In this document: in pieces, positions 47,898 through 57,344 of the stretch
Numbering within the stretch: the stretch's first letter is position 1
How the letters are laid out: each line of letters begins with the position of its first letter
Notes under the pieces: generated by a model
Told to the model about the DNA's origin: nothing
Database searches by the model: none
The model's input: the letters and a program-made list of their open reading frames with translations, nothing else
Program-made: the position numbers and the translations under genes
Source: Myxococcota bacterium
GTDB taxonomy: Bacteria > Myxococcota_A > SURF-8
Length of the DNA: 64,000 bases
Assembly (NCBI GenBank): GCA_965140415.1
Contig: OZ223209.1
Span: 4,192,001 to 4,256,000, forward strand
Reading direction: 5' to 3'

Positions 47898-47928
47898 TTG
47901 ACAAAAGCCACTACACCTAATATATAAT
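47898..47928 (+). promoter_or_regulatory. Putative promoter of the FHA gene
   Basis: TTGACA then TATAAT with a 19-nt spacer (or TATATA at 17 nt). Confidence 0.55.
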
Positions 47929-48029
47929 GACCTCGCCTGGAAATCAGATCACGCTTGCAAGTGGAAATAATGAGTATCGTTGGAGAAATCCAAACTCATC
48001 AGACAGATTGTCAAAGAGAGAGGTAGGGA

Positions 48030-50642
48030 ATGGCCGAGGATAAGGGAAAAAAGGAGGCTGGAGGTTTTTTTGACAACGAAGTCGAAGAGGATTACCTCTC
48101 GGAAAGCACGGTTGTCGATACGGATGTACTGAAAAAGCTTCACGACAAATTATCGGAGGAGGAAGAAGCCCAATCTCTTTCGGATGATGCCGAGTTGCTT
48201 GAAGAAGTGGTGATTGAGAAAACCAAGGAGCCGCCACCACCACCGTTCCCGCCGCCTCCCGCTGCGGACGCCAGCGCGCCGCAGGCCGCTCCAGAGCCCC
48301 CAAAACCTCCGAAGCCAAGTATTCCTTCTGCGGTTCCCAAGAGCACGCCTTCACCGGCAAGTGGTCCGGGACCGTTGGCCTCTTCATCTCCCAGCGGCAA
48401 CGATCAAAACAAAGTCGATCGCGTCCATGAACTGTTCGAGCAAGCGGACGAATCCGACGAGCCGTCAGACGATGAAAAGACGGTCATTCTGGGTGACGAT
48501 GAAATTGCCGGAATGCCCCAGCCCAAAGGCGCGAAGCTGGTGGTTACGGAAGGCCCGGAGCGCGGCAAAGAATACACCATCGAATTCAACGAAATCTTTA
48601 TCGGGCGTGGCGTGGAAAACGACTTCGTTATCCCGGAGCGCTCCATTTCCCGCAAGCATTTCCGCATTCGTCGCCGTTTCGATGAATACATTATCGTGGA
48701 TCTGGGCAGCGGAAACGGAACCCGTGTCAACGGCGCTCGCGTATCGGAAGCCGTGCTGAACCACAAAGACGAAATCGTTATCGGTCGCACGACTCTGCGT
48801 TTTGTCGATCTGGCCCAGGAATCCACGGATAAAGCAGCGGCACCCGTACCCGTACAACCGGAACCCAAAGCGGAAGCCGTCGCGGAACCTGTAGAACCAC
48901 CGAAAGCGGAACCGAAAGCGGAAGAACCGCCCAAGGTCGAAGAAACACCGGCAGCACCGGTTGCCGCCCAGGCGCCACCCGCACAACAACCGGTAGCGCA
49001 GCAAGCCCCTAAAGAAACTCCTCCTGCTGCTAAAACATCGAAGATCGCTGCTCAAACAGCGGCTCCGGTCGACGCCAAACCTGCACAACCCAAGCCGACT
49101 CGAGCGACACCCATCGAAGATGACCGCCCCGCTCGTCGTTCCAGTCGAGATCGTTTCGAACCGATCTCCGCGCAGCGTCCGGGTAGTCAGGCAATCAAGG
49201 AAGAGGAAAAAACCGGCGGCATGGGCGGAATCGCCATCGGCATCATACTGGTCATCATCATCGTGGCCGGATTGATCCTAGTGCGCCAGTATTCGGAACA
49301 GGAAAGCAAGCCTGTTGCCAAAGCCCCGGCCCCGGCTCCCGTTGCTCAAGCACCGGCTGCGCCGGTAGTTGAAAAACAGGAAGTCCCCTTGGAAGGTCAG
49401 GTCAAAAAGTTGATCGACCAAGGCAACGTGCTGATGCAAAACAAGTTCTACGCCAAAGCGGTAGACAAGTTCAACGAAGCGCTGGCGCTGGATTCGGGCA
49501 ACAGCCAGGCGGAAGTCGCCAAAGCACAGGCACAACGTGAAATCGCTAATCGTGAAGCGCTGGAAGAAGGCAAAAAGCTGTTTGAAACCTCGGATTACGG
49601 CAAAGCGGCAATCCGCCTGAAAGTCATCGGCGAAGCTAGCGTATTTTACACCGAAGCCCAGACCTATCTCAAAAAGATCGAAGACAGCAAATACGACAAG
49701 CAGGTGGAGCAAGGCAAGAAACTGCTGGATCAACGCAAATACGATCAATCTATCGCCGTTTTCGACACCGTGCTGAAAGAAAAACCGGGGCACGAAGCCG
49801 CAACCAAATTCCGCCAGATTGCCGTTCAGGAAAAAGCCGCCGCCGAGCAGGCCAAACTCGCCTCGGAACAGCAAAAGCAGGCGAGAGCCGCAGAGACGGA
49901 ACAACGTCGTCAGGCGCAAGCCGAAGAGCGGAAACGCAAAGCCGAACAGGAACGTAAACAGAAACTGGAACAGGAGCGAAAACGCAAAGCGGATGCGGAA
50001 CGTCAGCGTAAAGAAGAAGAAAAGAGACGGCGTGCCGAGGAAGAAGCAAAGAAACGTCAGGTTTCTTCTACCCGTGATCTGGACAAAGGTATCGGATATT
50101 ACAAAAAAGGTGACATCGAGAAATCGATTGTCGAACTGTATGCCATCGCCAATGGCCGCGGAAATCAAAGTGTAATCAAAAAGGCCAAAACACTCGTTGC
50201 AAACATAAAGAAATTCAACGAGTTGTACGAAGCAGGCAACAAAGCCCACAAGCAGAAGAAAGCGCAAACGGCAATCCCGAAACTGAAAAACGCCATGCGT
50301 ATGGATCTGAAGATTGCCAGCGGCTCCGTGTTCGGCAACGAACTGAGCAAGAAACTTGCCGATATGTACTACCTGCTCGGTAACAGCGCCAAGAAAGACC
50401 AGAACTGGGTAAATGCTTACAAAGCCTACTCCCGAGCGCTGAAGTTCTACTCCGGCCACGGTCCGTCTAAGGAAGGTCTTGAAGATCTTTCCAATCAGGC
50501 CCGCAAACTCTACTATGAAGGTTTCGCAATAAAAGACGTCGAACCGGAACAGGCAGAGAAGAAGTGGAAAACCGTGAAAAGTATTGTGCCGAAAAGCAAT
50601 CAGTGGTACAAGAAAGCCGACCAAGGTCTGAAGGAGTTATAA
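48030..50642 (+). CDS. Membrane-anchored FHA-domain protein with Pro/Ala-rich linkers, periplasmic TPRs and charged coiled coil
   Basis: IGRG...SISRKH...DLGSGNGTRVNG FHA motif; single TM (IAIGIILVIIIVAGLILV); TPR-like helices; K/E/R-rich stretch. Confidence 0.88.
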   Translation: MAEDKGKKEAGGFFDNEVEEDYLSESTVVDTDVLKKLHDKLSEEEEAQSLSDDAELLEEVVIEKTKEPPPPPFPPPPAADASAPQAAPEPPKPPKPSIPSAVPKSTPSPASGPGPLASSSPSGNDQNKVDRVHELFEQADESDEPSDDEKTVILGDDEIAGMPQPKGAKLVVTEGPERGKEYTIEFNEIFIGRGVENDFVIPERSISRKHFRIRRRFDEYIIVDLGSGNGTRVNGARVSEAVLNHKDEIVIGRTTLRFVDLAQESTDKAAAPVPVQPEPKAEAVAEPVEPPKAEPKAEEPPKVEETPAAPVAAQAPPAQQPVAQQAPKETPPAAKTSKIAAQTAAPVDAKPAQPKPTRATPIEDDRPARRSSRDRFEPISAQRPGSQAIKEEEKTGGMGGIAIGIILVIIIVAGLILVRQYSEQESKPVAKAPAPAPVAQAPAAPVVEKQEVPLEGQVKKLIDQGNVLMQNKFYAKAVDKFNEALALDSGNSQAEVAKAQAQREIANREALEEGKKLFETSDYGKAAIRLKVIGEASVFYTEAQTYLKKIEDSKYDKQVEQGKKLLDQRKYDQSIAVFDTVLKEKPGHEAATKFRQIAVQEKAAAEQAKLASEQQKQARAAETEQRRQAQAEERKRKAEQERKQKLEQERKRKADAERQRKEEEKRRRAEEEAKKRQVSSTRDLDKGIGYYKKGDIEKSIVELYAIANGRGNQSVIKKAKTLVANIKKFNELYEAGNKAHKQKKAQTAIPKLKNAMRMDLKIASGSVFGNELSKKLADMYYLLGNSAKKDQNWVNAYKAYSRALKFYSGHGPSKEGLEDLSNQARKLYYEGFAIKDVEPEQAEKKWKTVKSIVPKSNQWYKKADQGLKEL

Positions 50643-50782
50643 GCCTTCCTCGCCTGGAGGAAGCCACAACTCCAGGTGATGATTACATGCAAAACGAGTG
50701 GCGAAAATAACCGATCGATCTTCTAGTGCCGGGTGGGCATTGTCCGCCCGGCATTTTCATGTTCAGTCCAAGGAGTTGCGGA

Positions 50783-52159
50783 ATGAAAACGATAATCGAA
50801 CCGTTTCGAATCAAGGTGGTTGAACCTCTGGCTTTTACCACAGCCGAGCAGCGGCACGAGATTCTGAAAAACGCTCACTACAACGTTTTTCTGATCAAAT
50901 CCAAAGACGTCATGATCGACCTGCTGACCGACTCCGGCACCTCCGCCATGAGTTCCGAGCAGTGGGCTGCGATGATGCGCGGCGACGAATCCTATGCAGG
51001 CAGCCCCAGCTTTTTCCGCTTTGAAGAGGCCGTACAGGATATTTTCGGCTTCAAGCACGTCATCCCCACTCATCAGGGGCGCGCTGCCGAACGCATCCTG
51101 TTTTCCGTCATCGGCGGTGAAGGCACGGTCATTCCGAACAATACCCATTTTGACACCACCCGCGCCAACATCGAATTCACAGGTGCGGACCCGGTGGATC
51201 TGGTAATCGAAGAAGGCAAACATCCGGACGTGCAGCATCCTTTCAAGGGCAACGTCGATATCGACAAGCTCAAAGAGTTGGTAAACAAACTCGGCAAGGA
51301 ACGCATCCCGGTCGGCATGGTTACGATTACCAACAATTCCGGCGGCGGCCAGCCGGTATCGATGGAGAATATCCGCCAGGTCTCCGAAGTGTTGCACGAA
51401 GCGGGAATTCCCCTGATCATCGACGCTTGCCGCTTCGCCGAAAACGCCTACTTCATCAAGAAGCGCGAACCCGGCTACGAAGACAAACCGGTCAAGGAAA
51501 TCGCTCAGGAAATCTTCTCCTATGCGGATGGCTGCACCATGAGCGCCAAGAAAGACGCCCTGGTCAATATTGGTGGATTCATCGCCTTAAACGATGACGA
51601 ACTCGCCTTAAAATGCCGCAATCTGTTGATTCTTACGGAAGGCTTTCCAACCTATGGCGGTCTCGCGGGACGCGACCTGGAAGCCATCGCGGTCGGTTTG
51701 AACGAAGTGTTGGACGAGCGCTACCTGGACTACCGAATTGCCAGCATCGCCTATTTCGCTCGCGAGTTGCGCAAAGGCGGCGTGAAAATCGTCGAACCGC
51801 CCGGAGGTCACGCCATTTTCCTGGATGCGCGTCAGTTCCTGCCGCATATCCCTCTAGAGCAATTCCCCGCCTGGGCGTTAGCGAATGCGCTGTACGAATA
51901 TGCGGGAATTCGAGGGGTCGAAATCGGATCGGTCATGTTCGGTAAAACCGATCCGGAAACAGGCAAGGAAATCCCTTCCACCATGGACCTGGTGCGTTTG
52001 ACCATTCCTCGTCGCGTCTATACGCAGAGTCATGTCGATTACATGGCCGAAGCCATCCTGGAACTCTACCAACAGCGCGAAAGCATCAAGGGTGTCCGTA
52101 TCACCTGGCAACCGCCCATGCTGCGCCACTTCTCCTCTCATTTCGAACCGGTAGAGTAA
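50783..52159 (+). CDS. tnaA: Tryptophanase
   Basis: AAGGAG RBS; EPFRIK.VE, IDLLTDSGT, HQGRAAE, MSAKKD (PLP Lys), PRRVYT; LRHF (His as in TnaA, versus LRFF in tyrosine phenol-lyase). Confidence 0.9.
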   Translation: MKTIIEPFRIKVVEPLAFTTAEQRHEILKNAHYNVFLIKSKDVMIDLLTDSGTSAMSSEQWAAMMRGDESYAGSPSFFRFEEAVQDIFGFKHVIPTHQGRAAERILFSVIGGEGTVIPNNTHFDTTRANIEFTGADPVDLVIEEGKHPDVQHPFKGNVDIDKLKELVNKLGKERIPVGMVTITNNSGGGQPVSMENIRQVSEVLHEAGIPLIIDACRFAENAYFIKKREPGYEDKPVKEIAQEIFSYADGCTMSAKKDALVNIGGFIALNDDELALKCRNLLILTEGFPTYGGLAGRDLEAIAVGLNEVLDERYLDYRIASIAYFARELRKGGVKIVEPPGGHAIFLDARQFLPHIPLEQFPAWALANALYEYAGIRGVEIGSVMFGKTDPETGKEIPSTMDLVRLTIPRRVYTQSHVDYMAEAILELYQQRESIKGVRITWQPPMLRHFSSHFEPVE

Positions 52160-52186
52160 ATATCCCGATAAATGTCACGCATTGCC

Positions 52187-52214
52187 AACCGGCGGAGTTT
52201 TCCGCCGGTTTTTT
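52187..52214 (+). terminator. Rho-independent terminator
   Basis: aaccggcgga-gttt-tccgccggtt followed by tttt. Confidence 0.85.
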
Positions 52215-52404
52215 CGTTCATCAGCACATTTCACAACTTACCTGTTGCAACGATCAGCCTCTTCATACTCATCCGATGGAAATGAATCCATACTGACCGA
52301 TTCTTCCGGAATATTTTGCCTTTGCACATTACCTAACCCATGGTCGGCTTCATATTGGCCCGACATTCACGCGGTCGCTGTTTTATCGTCGAAGAGGAAA
52401 CATC

Positions 52405-53217
52405 ATGTCCTACAAGGTTTTGGATATTTACAAGGATCTGCCGAAAACCAACTGCAAGGATTGCGGCCTGTCCGGCTGTTTCCCGTTCGCAACCGCCGTA
52501 TACTTGCAGGAAGCTCAACTCGACGCCTGCCCGCATCTGGGAGAAAATTTCTCGATCATGCAGGCCAAATTGGCGGAAAGCCGCGATACCGGCAACGGCG
52601 TACGACCACCGAACTCGACCCAGGCTTTGAATTACCTGCTTACCGTCATGGAAACGCTGGACTTCGAACGGCAGGCAACACTGGCCGGATTTGAATACGA
52701 TTCCACCAAGGAAGAGGCCCGATTGACCTTTTTCGGTCGTCCCATTTCGATCTCACGAACGAAAGTCCAGGCATTGGATGGAAGCGACTTGCCGATCTGG
52801 GCTCACGTCTTTCTATTCATCCACCTGATCCAGACCAAAGGAACCCCCGCAAAAGGCGAATGGGTCGCGTTTAAGGAGCTACCAAATACCATCAGTAAAA
52901 CCCAGTCTTTCGACGATCACCTGGACAGGCTGTGTCGGCATTTCGAGAACGATCTGGAACGCCTGCAACAGGCCTCCCATGCCCTTGGAGGCAAGCCGGA
53001 AGATCATGGTTCGGCGGATTTCAGCTATCGATTCCATGCGTTACCCCATATCGACACCGTACTCCTCTACAGAAAAGGCGATGAGGATTTCGAACCCCAC
53101 GCATCACTGCTGCTCGACCGGGGCGTGCTGAACCACCTGGATCAGGAAGCGGCGGTCTTTTTAGCGGAAACTCAGGTCGACTTACTGATCGACTACAGCA
53201 AGCAAACTTCCAACTAG
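52405..53217 (+). CDS. [4Fe-4S] (AcsC/RnfB-type FeS domain) plus DUF3786 protein
   Basis: LPKTNCKDCG..GC..FA...CP; GEWVAFKELP; ALP.I...L...GDEDF..ASLL.D. Confidence 0.82.
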   Translation: MSYKVLDIYKDLPKTNCKDCGLSGCFPFATAVYLQEAQLDACPHLGENFSIMQAKLAESRDTGNGVRPPNSTQALNYLLTVMETLDFERQATLAGFEYDSTKEEARLTFFGRPISISRTKVQALDGSDLPIWAHVFLFIHLIQTKGTPAKGEWVAFKELPNTISKTQSFDDHLDRLCRHFENDLERLQQASHALGGKPEDHGSADFSYRFHALPHIDTVLLYRKGDEDFEPHASLLLDRGVLNHLDQEAAVFLAETQVDLLIDYSKQTSN

Positions 53218-53358
53218 GTACATCCGGTTTTGAACAAAAAACAGAGAATCTTCCCATCAGGTGAGCTTGACCTGAACAAAATAGCGCGGTACTCTTAGCG
53301 TCAGCTATGTACTCTGACGATTTCAGGTCGGAAACCGCTCATTCTCAGGAGATTAGTA

Positions 53359-54870
53359 ATGCGAAACGTTCCACTGCTCTTTCACTCTATACCTTTAACT
53401 TCTTCAGCTCACCCACACCGTTCGCGTTTTTGGGGCGCGATACTGCTATCGCTGCTCTTCATCATTGCGCTTTCCGCCTGTGGCTCGGATGACGATGACG
53501 GCCTACAGGGAGACAGCGACTGGGAATCGATCGGCGACGGCGACAGCGATAGCATCGAAGCCGAGGCCGAAGCCGCTATCGAACCAACCTCATTCTGGGT
53601 AGGTTACGGTGAACGGGATATCACCCCGCCGGATGGAACCGTCATGGGGGCCTTCGGTGCGCCGGGCGGCGCTCGCGTCACAGAGGGCGTTCACGATCCT
53701 CTGATGGTTCAGGTGGCTTTCTTCACAAACGACGCTAAACAAGCCATGTTCATCATCAGCATCGATTCCGCCGGTTATTCCTACGAGTTCGGCGACTGGG
53801 GACCGGGCGTCAAGGTGCTGCGCGAACGCATCGCAGAGGCGGTTGCCGACGACATCAAAATCGATCCGCATAACATCATGCTTGGCAGCAGCCACAGCCA
53901 CTCGTCTACCGATCTGGTCGGTTTCTGGCAACCGGTCGGTGAAGGCGTACCGCTGGACATCTTGAACGACGTACTGGAGAAAACTGTCGCCGCCAGTGTC
54001 GATGCCGTCAACAATCAGCAACCTGCGGAACTGTTCTACGCCCATACCGAACTGGTCGGTCATTCAGGTCGCGATGCAGATTGCAGCCCGGTTATCGACA
54101 ATTCCGTCAATATCCTGCAACCGCGAACGCTGGACGGCGAACCGATCGTCACCATCACCAATTACGCCAAGCATCCAACAGCGCTGGGTTCCGGAAACAA
54201 GCTCGCCTCTGCGGACTGGATTTGGGGCTATCGCGAGGAAATGAAGTTGCGTACGGGAGTCAGCGGCATGTTTTTACAGGGCGAAATCGCCGCCGTCCAT
54301 AGCGGACCGCTGTCCGGCACGGTTCCCGGAGATGATGCCTGGGAACGCGCATACAACATCGGTTCCATCCTTGCCGATTCGGTTATGGAAGCGTTGGGAG
54401 AAGCGGAAGTAAGCGACGAGTACGACATTCGCCATCGCTGGGCCAACTTCAGTTGCGAAACGGTCGATTCGATCATGAAGGATGTTTACACCATGCTCGA
54501 TATGCCCAAGCGCAACATCACACTTACCGCTGACAACCGTTACATCGTTGAAGAAATGGAAACGAGCTGGCATAAGCTGGGTATCGCCGAATTCGGTTGT
54601 CTACCAGGAGAAGGCTCCCCTGAATACTCGATTTTCCTGCGCGAGCGGATGATCAGTCCCTACAAATTCACCGTCGGTCTGTGCAACGACGAAATCGGCT
54701 ACATCGTCGAGCCGGAGTCATTGGCCAACGACACTTCCGGACAACTGGAAGGCTACGAGTCGAAAATGGGAGTCGGCATGAAATCCGGTCCTGCGATGTG
54801 GGAAGCGCTCGAATCGCTGAACTGTTTCAATGGTGCATGGCAAGACACGGTCTTCACTCCCAACCCATAA
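53359..54870 (+). CDS. Neutral/alkaline ceramidase-like lipoprotein
   Basis: LSAC lipobox; G..DITP, GVHDPL, SSHSHS, NYAKHPT, SADW, FLQG, LPGE, GLCNDEIGYI motifs. Confidence 0.78.
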   Translation: MRNVPLLFHSIPLTSSAHPHRSRFWGAILLSLLFIIALSACGSDDDDGLQGDSDWESIGDGDSDSIEAEAEAAIEPTSFWVGYGERDITPPDGTVMGAFGAPGGARVTEGVHDPLMVQVAFFTNDAKQAMFIISIDSAGYSYEFGDWGPGVKVLRERIAEAVADDIKIDPHNIMLGSSHSHSSTDLVGFWQPVGEGVPLDILNDVLEKTVAASVDAVNNQQPAELFYAHTELVGHSGRDADCSPVIDNSVNILQPRTLDGEPIVTITNYAKHPTALGSGNKLASADWIWGYREEMKLRTGVSGMFLQGEIAAVHSGPLSGTVPGDDAWERAYNIGSILADSVMEALGEAEVSDEYDIRHRWANFSCETVDSIMKDVYTMLDMPKRNITLTADNRYIVEEMETSWHKLGIAEFGCLPGEGSPEYSIFLRERMISPYKFTVGLCNDEIGYIVEPESLANDTSGQLEGYESKMGVGMKSGPAMWEALESLNCFNGAWQDTVFTPNP

Positions 54871-54925
54871 AAGGAAAATGCCACAGCGGAAAACCCGACG
54901 CGGCAAGCAACTGTGAAATCCTCAT

Positions 54926-54962
54926 GCGGCCCACCTGTCACATCAGGCGGGCCGTTTCTTTT
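54926..54962 (+). terminator. Rho-independent terminator
   Basis: cggcccacctg...caggcgggccg followed by tttctttt. Confidence 0.7.
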
Positions 54963-55214
54963 GAGTAAGTATTACTCATTCCTGTCCATCGAGCAATCAG
55001 GATGTGGCATGGTCTCACGGAATGGAAATTCCGGGAGGCCGTGTGTAACCACAAGAAAACACGTAGCCTTGACGGCTGCGCGCGCCTCGGTACAAGCCAC
55101 AGATGATGCGTGGCAGGTGGCGGAAGGCGGAAGGGAAGCCCTTCTTTGATGGTGGGCCTTGTGGATTTTCGCCGGTCCGTTCTACTCCCCGATTTTGGGA
55201 TTAGAACCTATTTT

Positions 55215-57137
55215 TTAATACTTAGTCACCAGAATGCTGTAATCCCCAAGGGCGCTGGTCATTTCCACGGCGAAATAATAATTCCCGGCGTTGGGTGCGG
55301 TTATGGTCAATTCCTCATCACCGGTAAACAGCACCGTCCCCGCCGCAGCCTGACAGAACGTGAAATTGTTCCCGCATTGATCGCGCACGGTGAGATAAGG
55401 ATCGAACATCACACCGAAATCGGTATTGACTTCGATCTTGAACGTATCCCCTGCCTCCGCCGTAACCTGATACACACGCTCGTAGGCTCCGTCTTGCGGA
55501 GTTACGGGGCCCATTTGCTGGCATCCGGTCGTCGACAAGCTATTGCCGGCGCCGAACATCAACCAGACGTGATAAAACGGGAACGAATCAATCACGATGG
55601 GATCGGAGCAGGTACCGCTATAGGTGTCGTAGTTGTCGCACTTGCACTTGAAGCGGTTGTTCGAAGAATCGTTGGAATCGGTATACCAGCCGCATTCGTC
55701 CAGATAAGGATAGCCCTCTTCCTCGCAATATTCGGCGCAATCCACGATTTCGGCCTGGTCATTGTCATTACAGGCGCAGAGGAAATCCGTACTGTTGATG
55801 CAGAACTGGGAATCGGGATAGGTACAGGAACCCGAGCATAAGCTGCTGCCGGGCCAGCAACGCCCGGTGCTGTTATTGCAATCGAAGCCGGTATCACAGC
55901 CATCGACCAGGCAATGCCCACTACCCGGCTCGCACAGTCCACTCTGGCTGTCGCAGGCATACAAGTCATCGCAGCCGGTGTTTTGGCAATGCGTACTGTC
56001 CGGATCGCATAAGCCGGTTTCCTGATTGCATTCAAAACGCACGGGGCATCCCAACGTGGCACAATGATTCGAGGCAGGCTCGCACAACCCCGAAACCGTG
56101 TTACAGTCGAAACGCGGTGCGCAACCGGCATTGCTGCAATGATCGATATCCGGAATGCACAAGCCGCTTTGCTCCTCGCAGGCGTAGCGATCGTCGCACA
56201 GCGTGTTCAGGCAATGCTCCGCAGAAGGATCGCAAACGCCGGTTTGATCGTTGCAATCAAAACGGTCCGGGCAACCGGTTTCGCTGCAATTGTCGGATGA
56301 CGGCTCGCACAGACCGGAGAGTTCGTTGCATTCGAAGAACGCCGAGCAGGGATCGTTTAGACAATGGTCCGAACCGGGACCGCATAATCCGGTAGTTTCC
56401 ACACAGCTATAGCGATCCTGACAACCGGTGTTCGAGCAATGCTCCGCATCGGGGTCGCAGATTCCGGTTTGTTCGTTACATTGAAAACGCTCACCACATC
56501 CGGTGTTCAGGCAATGATCTTCGATCAGTTCACAGGTTCCTTTTTCCTCATCGCAGGCGGAACCCGCATCACAGCCGGTAGTCAGACAATGGGTGTCATC
56601 CGGCTCGCAATGACCGTTATCGGTATTGCACTCATAGTGATCGTCGCATTCGGCAATCAGGCAATCCTCAATAACCAGATCGCCGTCCGTCTCCCCGTCG
56701 CCATCCGTTGTCGGAAGCTTGCAACAACCGTAGGAACAGACGTAGCCGTCGAATCCTTTGGCCGGACAATCCGAATGCATGCTACAAGTCTGATCATCCG
56801 GACACACCGTATTCTGGTTGCCGGAAGAATCGCCATCGGAATCACCATCCGACGCGAATTCTTCGCAATAGCCGGTGTTTGTATTGCAATACTGCAACGG
56901 TGGGCAATCCATATTGGAGGTGCAGGCCACCGCCACGACCGCAGGCGCTTTGCAGAAATAATCCACACAGGTCTCCCCGGCAGCCGTGTTGCAGTCGTTA
57001 TCGGTAAAACAGGCAACGGCATCGCCATCCACCGGATCGTTATTCTGATCCGTCTCCGAATCGCGGCAGGCGCTCAACAGACCAAACAGAACAACAAGAG
57101 CCAATCCAACCATCCATACTTTCGATCGGGACATCAC
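55215..57137 (-). CDS. Cys-rich repeat lipoprotein with C-terminal PPC-like beta-sandwich
   Basis: LSAC lipobox; DGD linkers; 11 four-Cys repeats; C-terminal ERVYQV...FDPYL.VR...AGNYYFAV. Confidence 0.85.
   Translation of the reverse strand: MMSRSKVWMVGLALVVLFGLLSACRDSETDQNNDPVDGDAVACFTDNDCNTAAGETCVDYFCKAPAVVAVACTSNMDCPPLQYCNTNTGYCEEFASDGDSDGDSSGNQNTVCPDDQTCSMHSDCPAKGFDGYVCSYGCCKLPTTDGDGETDGDLVIEDCLIAECDDHYECNTDNGHCEPDDTHCLTTGCDAGSACDEEKGTCELIEDHCLNTGCGERFQCNEQTGICDPDAEHCSNTGCQDRYSCVETTGLCGPGSDHCLNDPCSAFFECNELSGLCEPSSDNCSETGCPDRFDCNDQTGVCDPSAEHCLNTLCDDRYACEEQSGLCIPDIDHCSNAGCAPRFDCNTVSGLCEPASNHCATLGCPVRFECNQETGLCDPDSTHCQNTGCDDLYACDSQSGLCEPGSGHCLVDGCDTGFDCNNSTGRCWPGSSLCSGSCTYPDSQFCINSTDFLCACNDNDQAEIVDCAEYCEEEGYPYLDECGWYTDSNDSSNNRFKCKCDNYDTYSGTCSDPIVIDSFPFYHVWLMFGAGNSLSTTGCQQMGPVTPQDGAYERVYQVTAEAGDTFKIEVNTDFGVMFDPYLTVRDQCGNNFTFCQAAAGTVLFTGDEELTITAPNAGNYYFAVEMTSALGDYSILVTKY
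55842..56666 (-). repeat. 11 tandem 75-bp (25-aa) Cys repeats, consensus HC..xGC...(F/Y).C...(T/S)G.C.P
   Basis: Exact 25-aa periodicity counted in the translation. Confidence 0.92.
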
Positions 57138-57344
57138 TACTTCCTTTTCAAACTGGCGCTAAACATGAACTCCTTATACTACAAACAGGACGTAAATGAA
57201 AACAAGCGAAAAATTAACTCCAGTCAAATTTACAGCATGCTTCTCGAAGGGCTTCTACTCCCATAAATTGAATGTAATATAGTGATTGATGTGCTATGCT
57301 ACTGCCCCAGAGCATCGGAGGCATTCAATTTTGGAGGTGCGCTC

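Noticed and set aside
55118-55210. Minus strand ends in CTTCCGCCA like tRNA-Sec (selC)
   Set aside because: No T-loop GTTCGA, no TCA anticodon arm and no matching acceptor-stem 5' half.
55842-56666. 75-bp periodic repeats as a CRISPR array
   Set aside because: Units are degenerate at synonymous positions and lie in-frame within a protein; they are coding repeats.
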